Source: Dickeya solani IPO 2222 (GTDB taxonomy: Bacteria; Pseudomonadota; Gammaproteobacteria; Enterobacterales; Enterobacteriaceae). Taken from it: DNA of 32,000 nucleotides. Below, one piece after another: positions 8,176 through 16,791 of this stretch. Within the stretch, counting starts at the first letter, position 1. Each line of letters opens with the position of its first letter. The notes under the pieces are model-generated. The model saw only the letters and a list, made by a program, of their open reading frames with translations. It had not been told where the DNA came from and searched no databases. The DNA is taken from the NCBI RefSeq assembly GCF_001644705.1, contig NZ_CP015137.1, positions 4,590,001 through 4,622,000 on the forward strand, written 5' to 3'. Position numbers and translations under genes: made by a program.

Positions 8176-8631
8176 ATGAGTAACAGTAGTGAACCCGACA
8201 CCGCCTTTGACGATTTTCTGACCCTATCCGCTCTGCTTACCGGCTTCAGTCAGTTTGAACTGACCGGCACCGGGCTGGCCCGCGACTATTTCACCTGGCT
8301 GGAGCACAACGCCGCCGCGCCGTTCAAACACCTGCTGCACGACTTTGCGGCACAACCGGATGATGAAACATTACGGCTCAACTGGCTGGAAGCCACGGTG
8401 CTGACATCGCTGACGCTCGGCCCGATCGCCCGCAGCCTGCTGCGTCTGTGGTACACCGGCCAGTGGGTCCCCATCAGTCCGGAACCGGACGCCGCCTATT
8501 TTCTCAGCGATGCCGCCTGGCGCGAGGCGTTGATCTGGCAGGCCATCCACGCCCACCCACAGGCGATTCGGCAGCAGGAATTCGGCGCCTGGGCCGAGCC
8601 GCCCATCGCCGAGTGGAGAACCCGCGGATGA
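8176..8631 (+). CDS. Small subunit of an FAD-dependent sugar/polyol dehydrogenase complex (membrane-bound sorbitol dehydrogenase small-subunit type); no Tat signal
   Basis: 151-aa ORF whose stop overlaps the GMC gene start (ATGA at 8628-8631). FDDFLTLSALLTGFSQFELTGTGLARDYF resembles the conserved core of small subunits that pair with GMC large subunits. The assignment is from memory and from gene context. Confidence 0.6.
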   Translation: MSNSSEPDTAFDDFLTLSALLTGFSQFELTGTGLARDYFTWLEHNAAAPFKHLLHDFAAQPDDETLRLNWLEATVLTSLTLGPIARSLLRLWYTGQWVPISPEPDAAYFLSDAAWREALIWQAIHAHPQAIRQQEFGAWAEPPIAEWRTRG

Positions 8632-10466
8632 ATGTCATCACCCCTCATCAGGCTGAGCAGACCGATTACGACGTGGTGATCGTCGGCGGCGGCATTGCCG
8701 GTTCGCTGATGGCAAAGACCCTGACCCGCGGGGGAAAGCGCTGTCTGATACTGGAGGCGGGCGACGGTGATAACCTGCATTACGCCGGGTATCGGCATAC
8801 GCTGCAGCGTTATCGTCAGCACCCGGATAAAAGCCATCAGGTATACGGCCCGCGTAACGTCAACGCGCCGGCGCCGCACGATACCGCCCTCCAGCCCCTG
8901 ATGCCCGACGGCTATGATGACCGCGGCTATCTGGTGCAACGCGGTCCGTTGCCATTCAGCTCCACCTATTGCCGCCAGCTCGGCGGCACCTCGCTACAGT
9001 GGCTCGGCAGCGCCATGCGCATGCTGCCGGAAGATTTCGAATTACAAAGCCGCTACGGCATCGGGCTGGACTGGCCGTTGCGTTATAACGATCTTGAACC
9101 CTGGTATCGGGCGGCGGAGTACGAACTGGGCGTCTCCGCCAATGTGGAGGAACAGGCTTATCTGGGTATCCGGTTTCCGTCGGATTATGTCTATCCGATG
9201 CAAGGCCTCCCCCCAGCCTGGGGCGATCGACAACTGGCGCGTCGTCTCAATGGCATGACGGTCCTGGAAGACGGGCAGGCTACGCCGCTGACTCTGCGTG
9301 GCACGCCGTCCGCGCGCAACGGCGTGCCGCACCCCGGTTATGATCACAGCCGCGGCTATCATCCTCGCGGCGCGGCAGGCAGCCCGCACCTCGGCCTGCG
9401 CTGCTCTGGCAATAGCCACTGCACGCCGCTCTGCCCGACGCAGGCTCGCTACAACGCGTTGAAAACGCTGGAAGACGCCGCCCCGACATTGCTGGATGTG
9501 GTCACCTGTAGCGTGGTGCACAAGTTGCTGATAGACCCGTCGACCGATGCCATCACCGGCGTTCAGTTTCGCCATTATGTGCATCAGGAAACGGCATTAC
9601 ACCACCTGCATACCGTCAGCGCCCGACGCTATGTGCTGGCCGGCAACGCCATTGCCAATGCGGTGCTGTTGCTGGCGTCCGACGCTTGTAACGGTAATGA
9701 TCTGGTGGGACGTCATCTGATGGATCACCCGGTCCTGCCGGTCTGGGGCCGGGCCGACGCCCCCTTGTGGCCGATGCGCGGTCCGCTCGCCACGTCGGGG
9801 ATTGAAGCCATGCGGAGCGGCCCGGCCCGCGCGCATCGGGCGGCCTATCGCATCGAGCTGAGCAACGACGGCTGGCGCTGGCCGGTCAACGCCTTATACC
9901 ACGATATTGAACAGTTACTGGCTAAATCGTTATGCGGTCCGCGCTTACGCAGCCAAATGCGCGAACAGCTGTCACGACAATTTAGCGCACGTTGCCTGGT
10001 GGAACAGTTGCCGGAATACCATAACCGGGTGACCATTCATCCTGACTACCGCGACGCGCTGGGCAACTACCGTCCGGTCATCCACTATGACCTGTCGCTG
10101 TACACCCGCACCGGCGTCGCGCGCGCCGGCAACGTTATGCGGCAGATTTGCCGGCACGCCGGCATTCGCGACCACAGTCATTACTCGCCCGACGACCCTG
10201 GCTACTTTACCTGTCAGGGGCAGCCGCTGGTGTTTGTCGGCGCCGGGCATATCGCCGGCACTCACTGCATGGGCAGCTCACCCCACCATTCGGTGGTTGA
10301 TCGCCAGCAGCGCAGCTGGATTCATAAGAATCTCTATCTGGTGGGGGCTGGGAATATGGTCAGTATGGGAACGGCACCGCCCACCCTGACGCTGGCGGCG
10401 CTGACGCTATGGGCCGCGCACACAATTCTTTCCGAACTGGACAGAATGTGTGCCAGCACACGTTAA
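8628..10466 (+). CDS. GMC-family FAD-dependent oxidoreductase (dehydrogenase large subunit)
   Basis: From the ATG at 8628 the protein reads MNVITPHQAEQTDYDVVIVGGGIAGSLMAKTL, a dinucleotide-binding GxGxxG motif. The C-terminal GAGHIAGTHCMGS...LYLVGAGNMVSMGTAPPTLTLAALTL is typical of GMC enzymes. The track ORF begins at 8448, but that extension overlaps the upstream gene. Confidence 0.9.
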   Translation: MNVITPHQAEQTDYDVVIVGGGIAGSLMAKTLTRGGKRCLILEAGDGDNLHYAGYRHTLQRYRQHPDKSHQVYGPRNVNAPAPHDTALQPLMPDGYDDRGYLVQRGPLPFSSTYCRQLGGTSLQWLGSAMRMLPEDFELQSRYGIGLDWPLRYNDLEPWYRAAEYELGVSANVEEQAYLGIRFPSDYVYPMQGLPPAWGDRQLARRLNGMTVLEDGQATPLTLRGTPSARNGVPHPGYDHSRGYHPRGAAGSPHLGLRCSGNSHCTPLCPTQARYNALKTLEDAAPTLLDVVTCSVVHKLLIDPSTDAITGVQFRHYVHQETALHHLHTVSARRYVLAGNAIANAVLLLASDACNGNDLVGRHLMDHPVLPVWGRADAPLWPMRGPLATSGIEAMRSGPARAHRAAYRIELSNDGWRWPVNALYHDIEQLLAKSLCGPRLRSQMREQLSRQFSARCLVEQLPEYHNRVTIHPDYRDALGNYRPVIHYDLSLYTRTGVARAGNVMRQICRHAGIRDHSHYSPDDPGYFTCQGQPLVFVGAGHIAGTHCMGSSPHHSVVDRQQRSWIHKNLYLVGAGNMVSMGTAPPTLTLAALTLWAAHTILSELDRMCASTR

Positions 10467-10581
10467 ACGCGAAAAAAACGCTACAAAAGATGATGATATT
10501 CGGGTTTCATGCTACGAATAAATAGATAAGACTAACTACACACTTCGTCACTGCCGCAACTGACTAAGACGGAATAACATC

Positions 10582-12138
10582 ATGAACTTAAACGAACACG
10601 CCGTACACCAAGATTTGGACACGATGTTCAGGGAAAAAGGTTACGTCAAATTAACCAGCCATAAGGATCTGGCGCACGAGTTAGACGACATCCGGGACCT
10701 ATTGCAAAAAGCGATGGTGCTGGAACACGCGGTGATCCCCCCTTACCTGACTATGCTTTATACGATGGATGACGACATCGATCCGCGTGTCCCCGAGGTG
10801 ATCCATTCCGTCGTGATTGAAGAAATGCTGCATTTTGTGATGGTCAGCAACCTGCTGAATGCTGTGGGCGGCACGCCAAATATCAGCGGCCCCGATTTCT
10901 TGCCCGACTACCCAGCCACGCTGCCGTTCGGCATCGAGGATCTGGAAATTCAGCTACACCCGTTTTCTCAGCACGCCATACATCAGGCGATGCAAATCGA
11001 GCACCCAAAATACGTGCGCCCGGAAGTGGTGGCCAGCCATGTCTGTAGCGACATGTCGATCGGTGAATACTACGTTTATATTGAGTCGCGCCTGCGGGCA
11101 GCGGTGGAATCGTTTGGCGAAAAAGCCGTGTTCTGCGGCGACCCGACGCGCCAGATTGAGCCGGAGCAGTTCTGCCACGGCTCATACGGCACGGTCATTC
11201 CGGTGACCGATCTGGGCAGCGCGATCACCAGCCTGCGTCAAATCTGCGATCAGGGCGAGGGTTCGCCGCACAATATCTGGCAGGGCGAAGACAATGAGGT
11301 CCCGCACTATTATCGCTTCAACGAAATCTACTGCGAACGGCTGTACGCCCACGGCGACACCATCGCCAGCGGCCCGACCGGCGAACCGTTGACGATCGAA
11401 TGGGACAAAGCCGCCAGAACCCACAGCGCGGCCAAAGTCAGCGACTATCCGGAAGGCGAGTTGCACAAGGCGATTGTGCGTTTCAACCGTCGCTACTGCG
11501 AACTGCTGGAAAACCTGCAAATGGCGCTGTCCGGCCGGCCGCTAAAACTCACCCCGGCGGTGATGGCGATGGGTGCGCTGCGTGAAGATTTCCGGGCGAT
11601 CGTCTCCCACCCGTTCCCAGGCGACAACGCCTACCGCGCCGCGCCGACGTTCGAATATACGCCGCCGCCGCCGCCGCGTTTCCAGGCCAAGAGTCAGGCG
11701 GTGACGTTCTCCAACAATCAGACTACGCTGGAGAAACTCGGCCAGGCCTATGCCGCGGGCGACCTGTCGATGGCGCTCACCTGCCTGAGCGAACAGTTGG
11801 TGTGGGACATGACCGGCCCGGTGGATGTGCCTTATACCGGTGTGTTCTACGGCCACGAAGGCTTCTCCCGTTTCTGGTCGCTGATGAGCCAGACGGTAGA
11901 ATTCAGCAGCGAAGTGGTGGAAAAAGTCTTCTTCAGCGACAATCAGGCGATGGCGTACGGCAGCCAGCAAGGGATCACCAAATCCACCCGCGTACCTTAC
12001 AGCTACGATTGGGCGATACGGTATGAATTCACCGACGACCACCGTATCCGGCTGATGCGTAACTACTTCAACCCGATGCGTATTCAGGCCGCACTGGCCG
12101 CTACACCGCCGAAACCGCGCTCGTTCATCAACAAGTAA
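10582..12138 (+). CDS. Ferritin-like (putative di-iron) domain protein fused to a C-terminal SnoaL/NTF2-like domain
   Basis: 518-aa ORF. The N-terminal part, with LEHAVIPPYLTMLY and VVIEEMLHFVMVSNLLNAVGG (ExxH), resembles the ferritin-like family found in VioB-type proteins. A PPPPP linker follows. The C-terminal ~130 aa (LEKLGQAYAAGDLSMALTCLSEQLVWDMTGP...YGHEGFSRFW) looks SnoaL-like. Confidence 0.75.
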   Translation: MNLNEHAVHQDLDTMFREKGYVKLTSHKDLAHELDDIRDLLQKAMVLEHAVIPPYLTMLYTMDDDIDPRVPEVIHSVVIEEMLHFVMVSNLLNAVGGTPNISGPDFLPDYPATLPFGIEDLEIQLHPFSQHAIHQAMQIEHPKYVRPEVVASHVCSDMSIGEYYVYIESRLRAAVESFGEKAVFCGDPTRQIEPEQFCHGSYGTVIPVTDLGSAITSLRQICDQGEGSPHNIWQGEDNEVPHYYRFNEIYCERLYAHGDTIASGPTGEPLTIEWDKAARTHSAAKVSDYPEGELHKAIVRFNRRYCELLENLQMALSGRPLKLTPAVMAMGALREDFRAIVSHPFPGDNAYRAAPTFEYTPPPPPRFQAKSQAVTFSNNQTTLEKLGQAYAAGDLSMALTCLSEQLVWDMTGPVDVPYTGVFYGHEGFSRFWSLMSQTVEFSSEVVEKVFFSDNQAMAYGSQQGITKSTRVPYSYDWAIRYEFTDDHRIRLMRNYFNPMRIQAALAATPPKPRSFINK

Positions 12139-12162
12139 CGCGCACGATTTCTTCCCTTTCCC

Positions 12163-12193
12163 GCACCGCCAGTCCGGCGGTGCTTTTTTTTTT
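12163..12193 (+). terminator. Rho-independent terminator after the ferritin-like gene
   Basis: GCACCGCC-agtc-CGGCGGTGC followed by T10, about 25 nt after the stop at 12138. Confidence 0.8.
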
Positions 12194-12198
12194 GCGCC

Positions 12199-12963
12199 TT
12201 ACAGGCTGAAAAACGGTTCCACGATCTGTTGCACGTCGGGGATGGCGGTCGCCACGTGCATACCGCCCACGTCATAACTTCCCCGATATTTCACCACCAG
12301 CCCGGCTTCCGTACAGATCACTACTCCGGCGGCGATATCCCAAATGCTGGTGTTTTTCTCCACGTAACCGTCAGTCAGCCCCAACGCGGCAAACCCCAGC
12401 CCGACAGTGGCGCAGCGATAGCGCGCCACCGCCCAGCCTTCATCGCGCAGGTAGCCGTCCAGCATCGCCACTTCCGCCGCCGCCCACTTATTGCTTTCAC
12501 CCAACGCCACCAGCCGGACCTCGCTGAACGGCACCTGACGGCGATACGGCATCCCGTTGCGCCATACGCCGCAGCCGAGCGCCGCCGACAGCGTCAGATT
12601 CAGCATCGGCAACGCAATGGTGCCGACCATCGCCAGCCCGTTTTCGACGTACCCGATTGAAATGCCCCACAGCGGTAAACCGCGCAAAAAGTTGGTAGTG
12701 CCGTCTATCGGGTCGACGGCCCAGAAATTATCGCCAGCCTCGCCGCCCATTTCCTCGCCCAGAATCGCGTCCTGCGGAAACGCCTCCCGCAGGCGGTCGC
12801 GGATCAACTGCTCGACCTGCCGATCCGCATCCGACACAAAATCATTGGCGGATTTCTGTTCCACCACCACGCTGTCACGCCGGGCAAACAACTGCCTTGC
12901 CAGCAACGCGGCTTCCTCCATGACCGTGTTGGCGGTCTCAAAGCGCAACTGCAGATCAGACAT
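12199..12963 (-). CDS. Inositol monophosphatase family protein (SuhB paralogue type)
   Basis: 254 aa containing ILGEEMGG and WAVDPIDGTTNFLRGLPLWGISIG, the IMPase metal-binding motifs. Confidence 0.9.
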   Translation of the reverse strand: MSDLQLRFETANTVMEEAALLARQLFARRDSVVVEQKSANDFVSDADRQVEQLIRDRLREAFPQDAILGEEMGGEAGDNFWAVDPIDGTTNFLRGLPLWGISIGYVENGLAMVGTIALPMLNLTLSAALGCGVWRNGMPYRRQVPFSEVRLVALGESNKWAAAEVAMLDGYLRDEGWAVARYRCATVGLGFAALGLTDGYVEKNTSIWDIAAGVVICTEAGLVVKYRGSYDVGGMHVATAIPDVQQIVEPFFSL

Positions 12964-12973
12964 TATATCCTCC

Positions 12974-13019
12974 GGTTATCAACCCACTTTGGTTATCAAC
13001 CCAGCTTGGTTATCAACCC
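12974..13019. repeat. Three direct copies of GGTTATCAACCCA at 16-17 bp spacing
   Basis: Copies at 12974-12986, 12990-13002 and 13007-13019. They fill the 49-bp spacer between the phosphodiesterase stop (13013-13015, inside copy 3) and the IMPase start (12963). Confidence 0.85.
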
Positions 13020-13765
13020 AGCAAATCAGGAATATCAGACAGGATCGTCTGAGCGCCATTGTCGAGGAAACGCCGGGCCTGCGCGGCGTCATTGACGATC
13101 GCCACCGCGTATTCGATGCCGCTGTCCGCCAGAATGCGCTGGGCTTCGTCATCCAGCAGTTCCGACAGGCAATGCAAAATCTGGCAGTGGGTTTCCTGCA
13201 ACAACGCTACCGGACGTTTGGGCGGCACCACCACGGCAAACGCTCGCGGCACATCCGGCATCAGTCGCGCCGCCGTCTGAATGGAACGGACGGAAAAACT
13301 CGACAAAAACAGACGATCGCGGTTGGCGGGCCACATCGATTTCAGCACGCCCAGCGCCACCTCCGCGGTTTCCACGTCGTCACCCGCCGTCGGTTTCAGC
13401 TCCAACTGCAACCCCATATCCAGCTCCAGCACACACGCGATCAGCTCCTGCAACGTCGGGATGGTCACCCCGGCGAACGCTTCGCCAAATTGCGCTCGCG
13501 CATCCAACTGGCGAATTTCCGCCAGCGTCAGACCAGCGACCCAACCACGACCGTTGGTAGTGCGATCCACCCGATCATCATGGATGATCACCGGCTGGTT
13601 ATCCCGCGTCAGTTTGACATCGACTTCCAGCCACTTCGCCCCCTGCTGCGCTGCCTTACGCATGGCAACCAGCGTATTCTCCGGTGCCAGCGCCGAGGCG
13701 CCACGGTGGGCGATTAGCGCGTCATTCACCACGCGGTGGCGACGATCGGTTATTACATCAGACAT
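13013..13765 (-). CDS. Cytoplasmic glycerophosphodiester phosphodiesterase, UgpQ-like
   Basis: 250 aa. LIAHRGASALAPENTLVAMRKAAQQGAKWLEVDVKLTRDNQPVIIHDDRVDRTTNG is colinear with E. coli UgpQ as I recall it (HRG..APENT, E.D, HD motifs). No signal peptide. Confidence 0.9.
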   Translation of the reverse strand: MSDVITDRRHRVVNDALIAHRGASALAPENTLVAMRKAAQQGAKWLEVDVKLTRDNQPVIIHDDRVDRTTNGRGWVAGLTLAEIRQLDARAQFGEAFAGVTIPTLQELIACVLELDMGLQLELKPTAGDDVETAEVALGVLKSMWPANRDRLFLSSFSVRSIQTAARLMPDVPRAFAVVVPPKRPVALLQETHCQILHCLSELLDDEAQRILADSGIEYAVAIVNDAAQARRFLDNGAQTILSDIPDLLG

Positions 13766-13863
13766 AATGGTTTCCCTGGTGTTTCAATGCATCGGTGTTG
13801 AGTAAGAAAATATGTTGAATTAAATATGCGTTCAGCCTTGCCCGCGTCGGATACAGAAAACGG

Positions 13864-13905
13864 TTTTCAAACGTCAGTTTTTCAAACGTCTGCTGTTCAA
13901 ACGTC
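13864..13905. repeat. 15-bp-period tandem repeat, three copies of TTCAAACGTC
   Basis: TTTTCAAACGTC at 13864-13875 and 13879-13890, and TTCAAACGTC at 13896-13905. It lies between the binding-protein stop (13925) and the phosphodiesterase start (13765). Confidence 0.85.
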
Positions 13906-13924
13906 ATAACAAGGCCGCGCGATG

Positions 13925-15064
13925 TCATTTCAGCATCACGTTTTGAATAAACTGCTTTTTGATTTCGTCGCCCAGCGGTTTGGCCGCCCAGGCGAAACTG
14001 CGCGACCGATCCAGCGAATCCGCCGCTTGACCGCCATCGCCGGCCGGCTTCAACAGCGCCGTGCCGAACTGCGAGTGAAAGCGCAGTTGCGTGTCCGGCT
14101 GCGTCAGCCAGTGGATGAACAGTAACGCCGCCGCCTTGTGTTTGGCGTTGGCCGGGATTCCCACTACATTGCCGCCACCCGGCATGCCAAAATCAGGAAG
14201 GTAGAACTTGATATCCGGCGACACCTCGCCTTTGCGTTGCAGCGACAGCACCAAATCCTCCCATGAGGCGGCGAGCTTAAATTCGCCGGCGTTCAGTCGG
14301 GTGATGCTGTCGGCATTGGACGCGCTGATCACCAGGCTGCTTTTGTAACGGTTGAACCAGCGCCAGGACGGCGCAAGCTGCTGCAACACCGCCGGCGCGG
14401 CATTGCCGTCGCGGTAATTCACGTCGGTGACCAACGCCCGGGTGACGGATTCGATGAACGCCGGACCGGAGCCGCCATTCTCTACGTTAAAGGTGAATTC
14501 GCCGGGGTTTTTCACCAGAAATTGTTCGAACTGCGGCAGCGAATGCGGTAGATCGGCGGCGGCGATGCGGGCCGAGTTGTAGGCGATCACGGTCTGATTG
14601 CCCCAGAACGCCACCGCGTAGCCCTGTGTATCGACCCCTTCGATCTGGTAGGTCAGCTTGTCGCCGGCCGGCAACCGCGAAGTGAGCGGCCCCCAGAACA
14701 GTTTGGGCCCATTAAACAGCCCGAACTGGCTGCCGCCCACCGAGATCACGTCGATGTCGCCTTGCTCGCGGTGCTGCTCCGCCAGCAGCTTGTTGATGCT
14801 GGCCATCGCTTCGCCATCCGGAATGGTGACCCGAATGCCGTACTGTTTCTCGAACGCTTTCACCTCTTCGCGCAGCCGGTCCTGATAGTACCAGTTGAAC
14901 CAGGTAAGCTGACCTTCCTGGCGTGCCTGCGCTTCCACCGCCTGCCAGGACATCGTGGACAGATCCGGCGTCTGGGTCTGCGCCTGCGCCTGCAGTAACG
15001 GCAGCAGCAACACCGGTAGCGCCGCCAGCCGCCCTATTTTTGACAGTCTGAGTCGAGTGAGCAT
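13925..15064 (-). CDS. ABC transporter periplasmic substrate-binding protein
   Basis: MLTRLRLSKIGRLAALPVLLLPLLQAQAQ is a signal peptide. An AGGGGA Shine-Dalgarno lies 8 nt upstream of the ATG at 15064. The track ORF extends to 15097 (MMPLNHSGESC), which is an alternative start. It is the last transporter gene of a PotD/YnjB-like solute-binding family operon. Confidence 0.85.
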   Translation of the reverse strand: MLTRLRLSKIGRLAALPVLLLPLLQAQAQTQTPDLSTMSWQAVEAQARQEGQLTWFNWYYQDRLREEVKAFEKQYGIRVTIPDGEAMASINKLLAEQHREQGDIDVISVGGSQFGLFNGPKLFWGPLTSRLPAGDKLTYQIEGVDTQGYAVAFWGNQTVIAYNSARIAAADLPHSLPQFEQFLVKNPGEFTFNVENGGSGPAFIESVTRALVTDVNYRDGNAAPAVLQQLAPSWRWFNRYKSSLVISASNADSITRLNAGEFKLAASWEDLVLSLQRKGEVSPDIKFYLPDFGMPGGGNVVGIPANAKHKAAALLFIHWLTQPDTQLRFHSQFGTALLKPAGDGGQAADSLDRSRSFAWAAKPLGDEIKKQFIQNVMLK

Positions 15065-15099
15065 GCAAGATTCCCCTGAATGATTAAGCGGCATCATCG

Positions 15100-15933
15100 T
15101 TATCCCTTATTGACGAACGCAGACGCCGGAACATGTTTGAGACAGCGCTCCATCAGCAGCATCAACACCACGTTGGGTACCACCAGAATCAGCGACACCA
15201 CCGCCGCGTTGGGCCGAATGAAGTTATAACCCAGGTACGAATACAGAATGGTCGGCACGGTGATAAAGTCTGGCGCGCCCACAATGTAGGAAACGGAAAA
15301 CTCTTCAATGGACAGAATGAACACCATGATCATCGCCGCCATCGCCCCAGACTGGAGCGCCGGCCAGTAGGCCACCCGGAAGATCTCCCGCCGGGATGCG
15401 CCCAGGTTACGCGCCGCATCCACCAGATCCTGCCGGACCTGACTGAAAGAGACGCTCAGAATGCGGATGGCATAGGGCAGAAACAGCACCGTATGACCGA
15501 GAAAGATCCCCATGAACCGTGAGTACACACCCAGCCGCGTCAGCAATGAGGAGAAGAACACCGCGACCACGAACCCCGGCAACACAATCGGCAGCAGCGT
15601 CAGCGCCTGCGCCAGTCCTTTGCCGGGAAACGTCAGGCGGCCAAACGCATAGGCGGTCGGCATCGCCAGCAGCAGGCAGGTCAACGTCACCATCGGCGCC
15701 AGCAGATAACTGTGCAGCAGCGCATCCGGCAGCGAGGTGTTATTCCATAATTCACGCCAGCGCTGCAGCGACAATACCGGCGGGAAGACATCCGGGTACG
15801 CCCACGGGTGAGACGGGTCCACCAATGACCACAGCACCGCCATGGCAAACGGCAGAATCAACCAGACGGTCCCCAACAGCAGGATCAGTGTCACCAGCAA
15901 ACGGTTGAGTCGGTCAATCACATTTTGCTGCAT
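15100..15933 (-). CDS. ABC transporter permease
   Basis: 277 aa with about 6 hydrophobic segments. The DAARNLGASRREIFRVAYWPAL region is the EAA loop typical of binding-protein-dependent permeases. Confidence 0.9.
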   Translation of the reverse strand: MQQNVIDRLNRLLVTLILLLGTVWLILPFAMAVLWSLVDPSHPWAYPDVFPPVLSLQRWRELWNNTSLPDALLHSYLLAPMVTLTCLLLAMPTAYAFGRLTFPGKGLAQALTLLPIVLPGFVVAVFFSSLLTRLGVYSRFMGIFLGHTVLFLPYAIRILSVSFSQVRQDLVDAARNLGASRREIFRVAYWPALQSGAMAAMIMVFILSIEEFSVSYIVGAPDFITVPTILYSYLGYNFIRPNAAVVSLILVVPNVVLMLLMERCLKHVPASAFVNKG

Positions 15934-15936
15934 CGG

Positions 15937-16791
15937 CTATCTCCTCATCCCGTTCACGACCGCGCGAGCCGCGACCGCCAACAGCCCGGCGCCCGCCAGC
16001 GACAGCAGCATCAACATCACCGCCACCACCGCCGCCTGATTCCAGCCCTCAGCGCCCGACTGCTGCACACGCAGCATCAGTTGCGACATGGAATTGAGGT
16101 TGACCGGCCCCGCCACCGACTGAAAGGAAAAATCACCGGCGGCGCCAATAAAGATCAGCATCATCGCTGTTTGCAACGCCCGTAACGTCAGCGGCAGCAC
16201 GATGCGACGAAAACGAACCCAGGCGCCGGCGCCAAGATTACGGGCGGCGTCCAGCACCGTTTCGCCGATAGCCTGTACCGAGCCACTCAGCAACAGCAAC
16301 GCAAACGGCATCTGTTTCCAGATCTGCAACAGAACCACGCCGATGCCGCTGGCGTCGTTTTGCATGCGAATTGGCCGCTCCGTCAGCCCCAGCCGCAGCA
16401 TGGCTACATTGAGAAACCCCTGATAAGAGATGAAATTGACGAACAGAAACGCCGCGGTCAGCCCCGGCACCAGCAGCGGCGCCTTCAGCAACGCACGCAG
16501 GGTGATAGCCCCCGGAAACGGCTTGCGCAGCCAAATCGCCAATGGGTAAGCCAGCGCCACCGACAGCAGCGCGCTGAACAGCGCAATGCGCGCCGAGTAA
16601 AAAAAAGAGCGCCACAGCTGTTCGTCGACCAACATGGTTTGCCAGAAACGCAGCGACAGCCCGCTATCACCGGCGAAATTGAAGAACCCCAGCGACTGGG
16701 AAAACGCCATCCCCAGCACCGCGCCCATCGCCAGCACGATGATCCCCAGCCCCGGCAGCAGCATCAGGTAAGCCATCAACGGCGATCTCAT
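15937..16791 (-). CDS. ABC transporter permease
   Basis: 284 aa, polytopic, with EAA-loop-like DAARNLGAGAWVRFRRIVLPL. Its start overlaps the ATPase stop (ATGA on the minus strand at 16788-16791). Confidence 0.9.
   Translation of the reverse strand: MRSPLMAYLMLLPGLGIIVLAMGAVLGMAFSQSLGFFNFAGDSGLSLRFWQTMLVDEQLWRSFFYSARIALFSALLSVALAYPLAIWLRKPFPGAITLRALLKAPLLVPGLTAAFLFVNFISYQGFLNVAMLRLGLTERPIRMQNDASGIGVVLLQIWKQMPFALLLLSGSVQAIGETVLDAARNLGAGAWVRFRRIVLPLTLRALQTAMMLIFIGAAGDFSFQSVAGPVNLNSMSQLMLRVQQSGAEGWNQAAVVAVMLMLLSLAGAGLLAVAARAVVNGMRR

Noticed and set aside
8448-8627. The track ORF starts the GMC oxidoreductase at 8448, adding 60 N-terminal residues (MVHRPVGPHQSGTGRRLFSQ...).
   Set aside because: The extension lies entirely inside the small-subunit gene in another frame and is Arg/Gly/Pro-rich nonsense. 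The ATG at 8628 gives an ATGA overlap with the upstream stop. It also places the FAD-binding GxGxxG motif about 18 residues from the N-terminus, as expected.
12974-13019. TTATCAACC within the triple repeat looked superficially like a DnaA box (TTATCCACA).
   Set aside because: There are two mismatches, including a core position, and the location inside an operon spacer gives no supporting context.
12557-13717. A 386-codon plus-strand ORF spanning two genes.
   Set aside because: It is antisense to both the IMPase and the phosphodiesterase genes, crosses their intergenic spacer, and is Arg/Ser/Pro-rich with no recognisable motif. It is a typical shadow ORF in GC-rich coding DNA.
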